From positions 372,001 to 436,000 of the forward strand of contig JBEUKZ010000023.1 in NCBI GenBank assembly GCA_048128005.1: DNA of 64,000 bases. The letters are read 5' to 3'. The stretch is from Veleropilina oligotropha (Eukaryota). This document shows, in pieces, positions 1 through 13,700 of this stretch; the first letter of the stretch is position 1; the number at the start of each line of letters is the position of its first letter. Under the pieces are notes generated by a model. The model searched no databases. It saw nothing but the letters and a program-made list of their open reading frames with translations, and had not been told where the DNA came from. The position numbers were made by a program, and so were the translations under genes.

Positions 1-3000
1 GAACTTGGATGTTTTCATTCACAAGATATGATTATCATTAGTTCTTTCATTTGTTGTTGTTACCGCTATTTGTTATTGCTATCGCTATTTGTTGTTGCTA
101 TCTCCATCGAATGCTGCCATTCCACAACGCAACTGTCAGCAAAACGCTCTCCATGCATGCAACGTGATGATGGTATACGCCATCACTGCTGGCCATGTGA
201 CTCATCCGTGAACAGAATTCCCATCTCTGCCACGGCCATCACCAGGCGCGGATCAAGGGCGCACCGCTAAAGCTGGTCAAGCATACTAAAATAATATGTA
301 TAATCTGATACAAATGACTTTCATAACATTATAAATAGGCCTACCCCAAAATACTAAAGTTGAATTGTATTACTATTAGCTTTTGCAATGTAATAATGCA
401 GGAGGGGGGATTTCACACAGTAAATTGTCAAAATTTTCTTGCGCGTGGGGCCCCGACCCCGACGCGAATAATTCGATTATGACAAAATAAAATAAAAAAT
501 TTACTCGTGCTATTTGAGTGACGGTGGTTCATAAAAAGTTAGAATGAAATATCGCTTTTGCCCTGTCAGAGTGCAGGAGAGGGGGTTTCAGGCTGTTGAT
601 TGTCAAAATTTTCAGTTAACAGTTAATAGTAAATTCAGCGCCCCCCTAAGCAAAATTCCTGGATCCGCGCCTGATCACTACTGTTCAAGTGACTCTTCCG
701 TAAATATAATTCCCACCAGCTGCCAAGTAAGTATGAGTAAACTGGAGAATCTGATGTCTTCTGCACTAAGCCAGACGTGCAAAACGATGGCATCGTTGAA
801 GAAGTGCGCGGATCGTACTGGTAGTACAGGCAAATTTACTAAAAGTGACCCTAATGCCCATGGAATATATGCAATTTATGGTCTGGTACCGTATTAATTA
901 TATTCCATGAAAATTACGGTCATTGTCAGCGTTAATAAGCGGGGTTCGCTATCCTTGTAATATAGCCTATTTTACGCGAGTCTTACATGAAGGGATTACC
1001 GGACGTCGCAGACGAATAATTTATTTGTCTTCGACGCAATCGCTTTTGAACAGTTCTTCGGCTGATTGGTGGAAACTCAGAGATGTTCGTACAGTGAAAC
1101 TTGCCGTTTTGAAGCGTTTTCTGAGATTCACGAGCCGAATATGGCTGTCGACCTGTTGTCATGCGTAGATGTCCTGCACGAGTTCGATCTCTCACATGAC
1201 CAAATTGTCGAAATCGCCACCACAGATGTTTCAGTGGACACCAAAATGTTCAGATCTAAGCATACGTTGAAGCGTATACAAAATTATGTAGGCCTACTAA
1301 TGGTACGAAACCGATCATTTTTACTTAGCCAGGCACTTCGGTTCACTTCTAAAAATGTATCCCAACTAGGTCTATTAAAACGACGATAAACACTGTCGCA
1401 TTGATTTAATGAACATTAAAAAAATGTGAAAACCGCCCATTGTTGCTGCAGCGCACGTGTAAATTGTGCATTGACATAGCGAGGGTATGAACTCTTTAAT
1501 GTCTGAACGTCTCGTTGCTTTGCGAAATGCAACCATTTCATTATCAATGGTTTAGCATTGCAGTCTATTTTTTACCGCTAGTATACTATATAGAGTAGTA
1601 AACATGTATTTGATGATGTCGACCGATGTTGAAGTAATATGCACTCACCAGAGCTCTGTAATATTATGGCATATTGTCGACGTTGTATGTCCGCAGTTTG
1701 TGAGATTGATCTCTGTTGAGAAGAGATGTGTCATCGTCCCTACCATATAAATCGCGCCACTAACAGCCAGACCAGACATTTCGTGAAAACACTCATAAAT
1801 ATTATCAAAAATACGTTGAAGTTTTACTTTGTCATTAGACGTTGTTTGTCAGGTTTATGATCGTGCTGGATGAGAACAAGTGGTTCATCAATACGATCTT
1901 GATTCACAGGGGACAACTTTTGGCGGTTCAAATAGATATAGTCCGTTGTGGTCGTGCTAACAGACTTTCATAGGCTGTGAGCTTTGAAATTCGATCGTTT
2001 TCGAAAGTGTTTCTCCACCAAGTGGGATGACCTGCATGGCGTCAGGTTTTCATATCTCCAGTAGTCTACGTTGCCTCTCTTCGTACGTACGTACTACCGA
2101 ATAACCTGTCATTTTTAATGGCCACTTCTTTGTAACGTTCTTCTTTTCAGATATCAGAAATAGTTTGTGGAAATATCCAGTTTTAAAATAATCTGACAAA
2201 CGCTTTCAATTGCCAGTTCATCTTATTTCTTCGGGTCTTTTAGAGGTTAGTGCATCGCCTCGAGTTTGTTTGTCGACCCGTACTCGCTATGTTGGCGGAA
2301 CAAGTCCATCTAATTTTTTAGAACAGTTAATTCAATACCATCGATTTTCCTTCAGTCACTGTTCCTTCGATGTTGATGTATTCGGCATCAGCCATGATGA
2401 ATGTGTATATGTTTATCTATGATCAGTAGTCTATTTTGCATTTAAAATATTGTTTTGGCATCTTCATATATCCATGAACCAGCCAATCACTACTCAGGAT
2501 TCTCAGTTTCTGTACAGATGTGGCTTCTAGCATACCGAAATAAACAATTTGGTTCCAACTTGACTTGGGACTACAGTGCTAAGAATATTGTAGTACAGTA
2601 TACTAATCTCAGAATTTATTTCACAATATACCGGTGTGATAAGTCGGTTCCTGCTTCAAACTGATGATGGTCAGTGCATGATGGTCCAGAAGGACAACGG
2701 AACATTCTGGAAACCCTTCTTTTTGGTGGAAGATCCGTTATAGTCGGAGGATGCATATCTTTTAACTGTAAGCTGGATATTGGGACTGTACCTGGGAGTC
2801 GAAAGGTCAAAGAGTCCATCTTGGATGAAGTTGTTCTTTCTCATTTTGACAATTATACACTCTTTTGTTATATGCATAATGTTGAAGGATCGAGTCTTCA
2901 GTCTCTGTCACTTCACGAGGAATGGCAAAGATTTCCACATTTGAGGATTCAGAGACTTTTATCCAGCATGAGGATACGTGTTTAGTATACCATTCGTGCA

Positions 3001-4617
3001 CACGATACCGACTTGTGACCAACAACATATCATGTTTGGAGGTTGATGGACAGTTACAGATCTGGTAACAGACCACCCGATCATTTGTATCGACTGTATC
3101 AACAATAGTTGTCAGCTCTTTAATAAATTCTCTTCTGTCTTTTGCAGTACTTTTTAAGACAAACTAAGTCCTGTTTTTCTTTAAATAATATCCAATGCAT
3201 TCGGATATACATGAAACATGCAAAGTATGCATGTAGTGTCCAAAATATTCGTGTGGTGCTTGACTTCTGCACAACTGTGCGAGGGTGGGGTCCTATGCGG
3301 AGGAAAATTTTAGTACAGTACTTAATCTAGTGAAACAGCCTCTCCTGTATTCTGAGGCTGCAAATTATTGGTACGAACAAGGTCGTAGTAATCGTAGCGG
3401 TTCAGTCGGACCGTGTATATTTTAAAAATGTAAAAATATACATCAAATTATATCGCATCTATTGTTCAATCATATACAGGAAGAGCTAAAGCGTATACTT
3501 TAAATAATAGATTCGACATTGTCAGGTAATACTTTGTCGTAGCGAATGGAATGTGTACAGGTAAAACCTGCTTGAAATGTTGCTTCGCTTCAGAAATTTG
3601 TGGTAAAGTTTTAATGCTTGTTGAACCATGTGATCCATAATGATATAACATCATAAGAGCTGAACGGAACTGGATATGCAGTAGATTAAAAAAATAATGA
3701 TGATTGAAACACGAGGTGACATTTTAGAGATTACACGGAAGCAATATGCTGTAGTGAACAGAACTGGATAAAAGGTATAAAACTTTCATTAATAAAGTGA
3801 TATGTTCTAGAAATTAATAATAGTTGAAATGAAAGTTAAAAATTTATCTGCAATGCATGTATTGTAGATTTTCAGGGGATCGAAATATGTTTTCTATGGT
3901 AACCTACTACATGTCGCCTAAAATCAGTTCTGCATAACCTCCCAGGGAGCGCATTCAGTCATTCGCCATGACATCGCAAGCTTGCAGACCGAACTTGAAA
4001 GCTCAACAAGTTAGCGTATCAGGAATACGTAACGCGGATGGAAACGCGTTCAAACTTTGTCTGTTTCTAAAAAATTACTAATGCCGGATGTCGGAACCTG
4101 AAAATGTTATATGTGGCTGCACCACTTTCTTGACCAGCAATATGTATACAATACAAGCCATTTGCTAAACAATATAATCTGTGTAATATACATTTGATTA
4201 CAACAAAAATAACAAGGGTAGACTTTACAAATATAAAATGTTATTAATATGCAATATATAAAAATACAATAATTGAAATTAACATAAACTGATTGAACAG
4301 GATAATAATTTAAATCATATGTACATTTTTGTATTTTTTGTTTGATGGAGGAACGCCTTGAATATACAGTGAAACTAACACTAATCTGTCAGTTATGATC
4401 GGTGGACTGTAAATGATGGACAGATATTGTCTTTGACCTTGGTACGCATTAGTGAAAATATTAATCTCTCTAGCATAAAGATATATGTCAAAATACCACA
4501 GATTGTACTACAGTTGAAAATAACTGAATGTATTCTTCATTTCATGATGGTAAATGATAAACGAATATGGAGAAAGAGAGAAAAAGTCATCAGTTTCTCT
4601 ACTGGAAATCAATCTCT

Positions 4618-7600
4618 TCAGATGATGATGAACATGAAATCACATACCTGAAAAGTAACCAAGATTAATGTAAATCATACATTATATAGTAATACTGTAC
4701 TTGGCAAATGCTTCTCAAACAAGAACCAAAAGTCTGTCATATGTTGAATGGTATAAAAGCTGAATATTACTCTTACTTTCTTTTCCATGTTTCGCCCACA
4801 CAAAGTTTTGTCATTACACGATAACTCTTGACTTACTGTGAAGGCCGAAAATTCTTTATATTCCTTCAAACATTGGGCAGATATCTGAGATATGCAGAAT
4901 TGTACTGGTCATCATTCACAGGATTCTTCTTAAACCGGTTAACCCATCAAAAAGAGTTTTGTTATTACAATTGATTGTTTGACACATTGCACATATAAAA
5001 CCAAATTGGTGACTCCTCCATGAAAAATAAATTGGTTCTGTTATGACATATCTAGCTAAAATATATTCCCCATAACATAGATAAGACTTGATCATGGTTT
5101 CAAATGTGCCTTGAAATTTTCCTCATAAAATCCATAACACACAAAATTTAAAAGCAAATAAATGTTGGTTAAAAGCAGGACAACGGAAAACATACTTGAC
5201 AGGTCATTAATAAATTGGACACACCAAAGTCTGACATCATGGCGAATATGGGCTCGTGATTACAGAAGCGGGAGTGTTGCTGCAAACCAGTCTCCAACTG
5301 GAGCTTCACGTTAGACAACGTGATGCAGTCTTGCTGAAAATAATCGTATGCAATTACAGTTAAAGAATTTGGTCCACGACAAATAATGTTTCATAATTAT
5401 TTAACATTTACATAAATTTATAAACTACATACATTTCAATTGCTGACAATTTATACTTTGATATATATAACGAAAGTTCATCATATAGTAACGAATATAA
5501 ATTGCAAGTTAAGAGAGTTAAAATAAGTCATAAATATTCACCCTATTTACGTCTTGGAAAGATTTATAATATATTTCAACAATAATGTACGAGATTGAAT
5601 TTAAAAGTAATGTGATATACAATGCATTGTGATCACCATATGATAATATTGATTACATGTTTACTAGGGGTGTAACGATACGCATACACTACGATACAAT
5701 ACTTATCGCAATACAGATGAAACAATACAATTCGATATGATACGATTCTTCAAAATTGACAAAGTCACAATAAGTAATAAATACTGCATATTAGTAGTTT
5801 AGCTTGCCCAAACTCATACATACATCATGTATATAAATGATGACCGCGATGAGGCGGTTGCGTTACAAAGTTCCAGTGGTTAATCCATTTTCAAATACCA
5901 AATTGCTATTTTTAAACCCGCTTTCCTTCACCTATTTTTAAACCGCTTTTTAAAATAACACTTGTCGGTTAGTTAAAAAACCTGAACAGGCAATGTGTAC
6001 GTGAAATAGCTTTCACGTTATTTCCACGAAAAATCAAACTATTACCACAAATTTGGCATTTCATTATTAATAATTAAATATACACAACATTTATGGTATC
6101 CTTCGGCAATGAATAGCGATGCATCGATTATCGATACATCATTAATGTTTACAAATATCGAATTTTGTCTTACCTCCGTATTTATTCTCAAGCCACATTT
6201 ACAGAAGATCACAGATTTGTTTAGTATTAATGAGTTCCTACAAAGGAAAAATAAGTCTAATCTGTATCGTTGAAATAAAATTAAAGGGGTCCAAATATGT
6301 TATCTTATATTATAATGTAATGTTATAACATCACATTATTTGCTTTAACGTCTTTACCTGCTGTACAAATATTGTGCTGACAAGTTTTATTTCATATGGT
6401 TTTGAACTTGGAAATTAAACAATAATTTAATTTTCATTTTCATTTCCTCCTCAAAAGAAACAAATCCAAGTTGTGTTTTTACATTGTCTATGCTACTGGT
6501 AACAACACATACCCCTGGCCCAAAGTTAAAATCTTTAATAACGGTTAGGATGGAGGAGTGAATTGATGTTTAATGCTTTAACAAGCACGCCACCAATTTT
6601 CAGTCAAAAATCCGGCCAATCAACTTCCAAAGACTTGCTCATGTGAAATCAGATTAGGAATATCCACTACATAGTTATGTGTTTCTATATATGTTTGATT
6701 AATTTCACTTGTGAGTATTTGCATCTTACCTTTTACACACTGGACATATGACCTCATCTGTCGACAATTTCTCAACAGCATGGCATAATGCAGATTCATC
6801 ATACCTCTCCAACTGTTCATATTCGGACAAAATATTCTGTTCTGTTAAAAAAATGAAAAATTTGAAGCGATAAAATGGAAGGGACGACACCAAAGTATGG
6901 TGACCCATTCCTGACATATGGCCTAAAGGTTAATTTTTCAAACTTAAAGTTGACTAATTTTTTAATACCCCGGTCATCCACTTTAGCCTTCTAAATTATG
7001 CATTGTAAACAGAGAACTGTACATTTTAAATATAAATATGCAAACACAAAATGAACGGACACAGCAAACTTTATGTTGCAATTATTGATGAATGGCATAA
7101 TTGTAAATGAAAATCCGATTACACATTGTCACACCAGAACACGTATCATGCGCACCTTCTAACTTGAGTTCTCTTTGAATATCTTCCATCAACAGCAACA
7201 CTGAATCAAATGTCTGTCCCTTGACTTGACTGGCCTGGGAAAGAGATGGGTTCAGATCAGAAATATAATAGACAAGTGAGGCGGTCACAACACTACACTA
7301 ACACTGACAAATCAGCAATAATATCCAGGGTTCTACCCGGGCATTTATAAGGTGGTGGGTCCGTCACCCGATGACCCCATCCCGGCCACCTTTCCACAAC
7401 TTTTTTTAATTTAAAAAATGACCACCATTTCAGAATTTCACCCCATAGAAGCAATATAATTAATATATTATAATATATATAATATACATGCATACATAGA
7501 TACATGCATAAATACATACATACACACACGCACGCACGCGCGTGTGAACACAAGCGACCCCTTCGCGATATAATTTCAATCCAGGGAGAACCCTGATATC

Positions 7601-10164
7601 CATTAAGATTTATCGGGTTAATTGACGCACAAATATCTTATTCCGTTGTCCAAAGTACATGAACTAATATCGAACTTCCGTCTTAACTCTAAATCTACAT
7701 CCCATTACCATAAGTCGAGTGGATGCTGACAATGATGATTGACTGCTCCGTCGAACAGGAGTGGGTTCGAATCTTCAGTTAACAATAACATTTGTTCAAA
7801 CTGGCTGGTGAAAATGAGATTTCGTAGGCTACCGGACTTTTCTCCTGTTAGTATGGACATGTCCTGGTATGAACCCGAGGGTTGTTAAAATTGGGAAATT
7901 AAGCATCGATTCAGACCAAACCTCTTCTCTCTGCATGCTTCTCAGCTCGTCCTCCATCAACTCTTTAATGAACTCATCCTGCTTCTCTTCCGACGTCAGA
8001 CTGGAAATGCTTCGGAATCTCTCCTTCAGTTTGTCTCGGCTCTGCTTCAATCTGTCCATGCATCTCTGAAATGGAATTGTCTTGTTCATGAATATAGAAA
8101 ATTAATTTAGAGATTAATATTATAATGAAAAAGATTACAACTAATCGAAAAGTAACATTTAAGATTTCTACAAATTTTCAACATACATATTAACATTTCT
8201 GTTTCAAGACAGGGCTACAGGGTTTTTTAAAATAATTTTATCAGCTTTACTGATTAGAATAATGAATCCAAAACAGACTAAACTTTTGACCTCATAGCTT
8301 TAATATCAGCTGGTATCAGTAAATTAACATTTTTTTGACAGTCTAACATCTTGAGCTATAAAGTAATGTAATATGTTGCTCTAAAACCCTGTAGTACATG
8401 TAGTAATAAATACATATACAAAAATAACAACGACTGCCAGTATTTGAAAGGATAAGAGAGTCAGTGGCTCCCAAGTCACTGTTCTGTGTCTTAGAAGTGG
8501 ATTCGTAGCCTCGGCTGGGATTTGGTTGTCAATAACGTGTGATGGGTATTAAAATGCGACATTAACCATCGATCTAACGAAAACAAACACTTGAAATAGT
8601 TTTATTTCATTGTTATTTTAACTCAGTCCGTAGTGGGCATATAAAATCCAGCATTTTTATATTATTGGGTACCATCATATTCGGTTAAAAGTTTACCATG
8701 TGACAACATTGGTTATGATTACGAAATTTTATCTTGCTTTTCACGTTAATGCCCTTCTGATTGGATGATGTTAGTTACGTAAATACCCTAAATTATACCC
8801 CACGTCTTTGATGTTATTTTTAGACAAGAGTAGTACAATTAATTTTTAACCAGTCTACATCATGTCCATGGAGATTTGTCTCTTTCCGTAAATTTAAAAG
8901 CGATCGCAGGGAACTAACTTTAATAACATCGTCGTCTGGTTTGTAAGATGTAAACAGATGCATACTCATACTCATCCGCTTCTGATTTGGTTAGGCTTAG
9001 AAGCCTGTATCAGTTCGAGGCCTGTCTAATTCTGACTTATTCGGATTATAAGCATCGACTACCGGGTGTATGCAAAACTTAAACTGCGACCAATGTTTAT
9101 CCAATTTAGCCTTGAAGGCGTTGAGGGAAGGCGCTTCTACGACATGGTCTGGCAGTCCGTTCCAAGCATTTACTATCCTGTTGCTGTAGTACTGTTGCCT
9201 GATGGGTTTTCTTACTCTTTCTTTCTTCAGCTTATATTTATGGCCTCTGGTATTGGTGTTGTCAAGTTTCAGGTAAGTAGCATCTACAGTGTATCTTCCA
9301 GTCATGTGTTTGAACGTTTCTATCATATCTCCCCTGGCTCTTCGATAGTACAAGCTGGGTAGGTCTAATGTCTTCAGACGTTCTTCGTAAGGGAGGTTAT
9401 TTATGGCTGGTGATAATTTTGTGGTGCGTCTCTGAACATTCTCGAGTAATACCATGTCCTTCTTAAATCTTGGTGTCCAGGCCGTATTACCATACTCAAG
9501 GTGTGGCCGGATTAGTATAGCATCTTCACAGTGTCATTGTCTAGGTACGTGTACGAGCGGCGTATCATGCCCAGGAGTTTATTCACCTTGTTAACCTTGT
9601 CTTCGCAGTGAGCCAAGAAAGTGAGTCCGGGGTCTATATATATTCCGAGGTCTTTCTCGAGTTCTGTGACTTGGAGGTCAATTTCCTGTCCATCTTGGTG
9701 CATGTGGTAGCTGTAATTCTGATTACTAGAACCCAGATGCATAACCTACATTTCTGTGCATTAAAGCGTAATTGCCACTTGTTAGTTGCTAAATAGATTG
9801 GCAAATTATTTTTCAAATTTAAAGTATGATCAAGTTGTTGTCGAATTTTCGTTTTTGTAGTATATATGGTACGTTGTACACCTTTTTACGCTATACAATG
9901 TACCGTATACTACTGCAATGACTCTCGACAACTGAAAATGTTAGTGCAACGAATCCAATGACTTCACGTCAATATAGTGCCTTCGTTGACCTGATCACAT
10001 CGCCGTGGTTAATATCACATTCCTTGTATAAATCACTATATTCACAATCAACAACAATTGTATAATATAATTCTTTTCACCTTTCTGTAAGTTTCTTTCC
10101 ATGGTGGTGTGCTTGCTTTGAAGAGATTTCTGTGTTTGGATAAACGATCGGTAGTCTTATCCAT
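4618..10164 (-). CDS. RPAIN: RPA-interacting protein (RIP/RPAIN), complete 7-exon CDS, 216 aa
   Basis: Hand-spliced GT-AG exons with matching phases: 10164-10081 (MDKTTDRLSKHRNLFKASTPPWKETYRK), 8065-7922 (RCMDRLKQSRDKLKERFR...), 7234-7156, 6841-6730 (EQNILSEYE...VICPVCKR), 6237-6174 (NSLILNKSVIFCKCGLRINTE), 5333-5196 (...HSRFCNHEPIF...LLMTCQ), 4647-4618 (VCDFMFIII*). Total 651 nt. The PPWKE.YR.RC..R...SR N-terminus and the C-terminal CPVC/C.CG/H...C/C..CD zinc ligands are characteristic of RPAIN. Confidence 0.93.
5665..6144. mobile_element. Non-autonomous hAT-type MITE in RPAIN intron 5
   Basis: Begins TAGGGGTGTAACGATAC and ends in a degenerate inverted copy (...ATCGATACATCATTA). Subterminal CGATA repeats. 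Perfect 8-bp target site duplication (TSD) ATGTTTAC at 5657-5664 and 6145-6152. Confidence 0.7.
7326..7595. mobile_element. MITE with CAGGGTTCT...AGAACCCTG termini
   Basis: 9-bp perfect TIR, flanked by a 5-bp duplication ATATC on both sides; no coding capacity. Confidence 0.6.
8940..9790 (-). mobile_element. 5'-truncated CR1-clade LINE fragment (RT C-terminal region) in RPAIN intron 1
   Basis: Frameshifted pieces KWQLRFNAQKC.MHLG, EKDLGIYID..LTF..H, RPHLEYGNTAWTP..KKD...LENVQRRTTK, YEERLKTLDLPSLYYRRARGDMIETFK, TRGHKYKL, SNRIVNAWNGLP..VVEAPSLNAFKAKLDKHW are typical CR1 ORF2 C-terminal motifs. Boundaries approximate. Confidence 0.9.
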
Positions 10165-10440
10165 TTGTCTTCAGAAGTTTTCAAGATTTTAAATATTCAT
10201 TGCACTCACAAAAGCGAACATTATCACTGCACGATATAAGAAATATCGACTAAACACAATAAAATGGTGAATGAATTATTTTACAATGAGTGGGTCACAG
10301 GTTTCTAGATATGCAAGTAAAATCTTTAAAATTGTGAAACTCGTGGAACGAAAACTGTTCACTTTCCCGCGTTAAAATGTCGTGACATGACTTGAGGTAA
10401 ATGTCAGTGTACACGCTGTTTAGTTGAGCCGGTGTTTTGC

Positions 10441-10527
10441 TAGCATCATGCGCATCAGGCCTCTGCGCACATCCGGATAAACCTCGTTTATCCGGATGTG
10501 CGCAGAGGCCTGATGCGCATGATGCTA
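10441..10527. mobile_element. Perfect hairpin MITE (42-bp arms, 3-nt loop) with 9-bp TSD
   Basis: TAGCATCATGCGCATCAGGCCTCTGCGCACATCCGGATAAAC-ctc-GTTTATCCGGATGTGCGCAGAGGCCTGATGCGCATGATGCTA, flanked by GTGTTTTGC at 10432-10440 and 10528-10536. Confidence 0.85.
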
Positions 10528-10783
10528 GTGTTTTGCCATATCAACGTAACTCATATCGCTGAACGAAGAAATATTTCAGCTGCAAATTACGCCCCATGTG
10601 GAGCACACAAAGTGATGACGACATACATGTTTACACACCCGGCTGCGTCGAGATGATAGAAATGGAAACAAAAACAAACTACGGACTACATTATGTTGAA
10701 GTGTTGTGATAAAAATGCGTAGCAATGTTTTAAAATTTACATTTTATGACTATTGGTAGACCTGTTTACTTTGCGCATTATGG

Positions 10784-13700
10784 ATGAGAGCACAATTAAA
10801 CAAAAAGTCGACGATAACAGTAAAACTTTTAGGTACGTTTCGTCCCAAAGATAATTCGCCCCACAAATAAATCGATCATTGAAGAAGAATCGTAAAGAGA
10901 CTATTACTATATTGCTCATAAATCTATTAAATGCCCTGGTAATCTTCCAGTTTAGGTACTTTAATTATTTTTAGGTACTTTAATTATTTGAAGGCTTTTT
11001 GTTATTATTTAAAGGGGAAGCTAGAGGTTTCGCCCCAATGTATGTTCGCCCCAAGAGGTTTCGCCCCAAAGTTGCGGAGGTTTCGCCCCAGTTTCAAAAT
11101 ATTAAAAAATATATACTATAAATAAATAAATTACTCCAAATACTAAACTATAAATTATTTTCATGGTAAATACATTATTTTCATGTTAAATAAATAAATA
11201 ATTTTCATGGTAAATAAATTATTATTATTTTCATGGTAAATAAATAATATTTTCGTTTAGATAAATCACTACATTTTATTTTGGCATATGCATGAAAAGT
11301 GACTGAAAATTAATCAATAATAAAGTCGAACGGTATTCAAAATATTAAAATAGATTAATTGCAATTGAATTGGTGTGTTGTGAGGTGAGTGGTAATCAGG
11401 AATCGTTTTTCTGCATAGATTATCCACCGGATTATCAGGTGAGTAGTAATCAAGAAATATATATATATATATGAAGTCCAATGCAAGCCAACACATAATT
11501 CCCAATCAGCATTGGCGACAATATCAGAATATAGCATCTATAATGGCTTCATATTGTATTTTTTGTACGAAGATAGTAAGTGGTCGACAGCATGCAATTG
11601 AGTGCGAGGGATGCCATCGTTGGCAACATCGATTGTGTCAAACTGGTAAGTATTATATTATAAACATTGCAATATTCATCAGCATATAATGCAATTTCAA
11701 ATATAATATATAATTTATTTGGGTTTGAAAAAAGCATTACTCTACCCTCTCACTCATAAAAAACTCATTCAAGTTGTCTTGTCCTCTATAACCCGCACTA
11801 GCTGCTTCTTAAAAGGCGATTTTTAAATTGATTTACAAAATTATAATATATAACATATTTATGATATGATCATGTATAATATATAACATATTTATGATAT
11901 GATCATGTCTTGTTTTTACAGGTATCAACTTAGCTGATTATCGCCAGATGTGTAAGGGGAACATTCAGATTTCTTGGATGTGCGTCCCATGTCGCGACCA
12001 AGAAGATGAGGTCCATACCACAACAGACAACAATTCAACTTCTGTCGACATCCATCATGACCTGCCAGTCTTCGATATTTCATATATACCTTTCATGGAT
12101 ACTCACGATTCTCTTCAACCTCCTACCCCAACGATAACTAACGACGCTTCATTAGAGACCCTGGTGAACATGGAGTCTAGAGTAGACGACGTCCCCGATA
12201 TTTCGTTTGACATACCGATGAGAAATATTGACCACCCAGATACGATAAGAGAAGAGTAAGTAAACAATTTTACATTATACCATTATCATTCTTGTTGTAC
12301 TGCATTAATAGAAACCAAATATATAATAATACATACATGCATTTTCCGAATTTTCATGCAAATGGTATTATATAAATACTTAATCTATTATTTCTTTTAT
12401 AGATCTTTACTTGATCCTGATGTTGATGCATCATTTCCTGATGATGGACCCGTGACGTTTGATGAAGTTTCACTGGGCACAAAACGTGGAGGAAGGAAAC
12501 TAGTGAGCAGTGACGGCTTTACGTACACTGTCAAGGTAAATACAATATTAAATTCATGCCACTTACGAAAGATATTCATTTATTAATTACTCTCTTTATT
12601 TCCTGATAATACAGTTAATTAATAATATTTCTAGCAACAATATTTCATACGAGACAAGATTTACTTTGAAAACATATATAATATATATCATATGAATAAT
12701 TATATATAATCCTTATATTCTAGCGTACCAGCGCCACATGCACATACTGGATATGTAGTGTCAGAAGCAAGAAGCTAAGATGCCACGCATTTGTGAAGCA
12801 GTATGGCAATAGATTTATAAGAAGTCCCAGTCCGCATGAACACCAAGCTGATCCCGGCGCAAAGAACAAGGTCGTCATATCGGCAAAGGTAAATATATAC
12901 GAAAATTATAATTAAGTAATAATAAGTGTATATTTTGGATTACGAAATTTATTGCTCATACAGTCAAAATGTGATATTTGTAATAATAGGGCCTACTCGT
13001 AATCACTTTTCCTATATTTTATTATTGACATTTCAATTTTTCATTCCAAAGGTTAAAGCGATTGCCAGAAGAGAAGTGTTTAGACCAGCTGCAGAAGTTG
13101 TTGAGACCGTTATGCGGGAAACAATCCAACCAAATGACCACCACTTGCCTAAGATGGTAAATCTGACAAGAGCCGCAAATTTGCATCGCCAAAAGTTACG
13201 CCCCAGTGAACCTGTTGATCTCTCATTTGTTGTAAGTATATTTTATATCATTTGCTTGGTCTGTTTCTTATTTCGAATGTTTAGTCTTATTTTATGTTAT
13301 ATATCTTTATTTAATATGTTGCTTTTCGAGAATGTGTGTATAAATGGTGATTATGTTTTATATTACTTAATTGTATTAATTTCAGATCGACGAGGAATTT
13401 ATTCAGGCAGATTCGTTCCTGGTAGCAGATGTTCGGGTTGATGACCAACGTCATTTAGTGTTTGCGACCAAAATGCAGATGACGCAACTGGCGAAATCGA
13501 AGAAATGGTTTATCGACGGGACGTTTAAAGTGGTAAAGGATCCATTTTATCAACTAATGTCGATCCACGCATTCGTGAAGAAAGGAGACGATTCGAAACA
13601 GGTTCCACTTGCCTTCTGTTTGATGTCTCGCCGAACGAAGAAGGATTATGTTGAGGTATGTACAACATTCATTATGAAATAATTATTAAATACAGATCAT

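Noticed and set aside
7712..7845. Extra RPAIN exon (AG...GT-bounded open stretch)
   Set aside because: It is open only in a phase incompatible with exon 2, overlaps a decayed SINE, and RPAIN is already full length without it.
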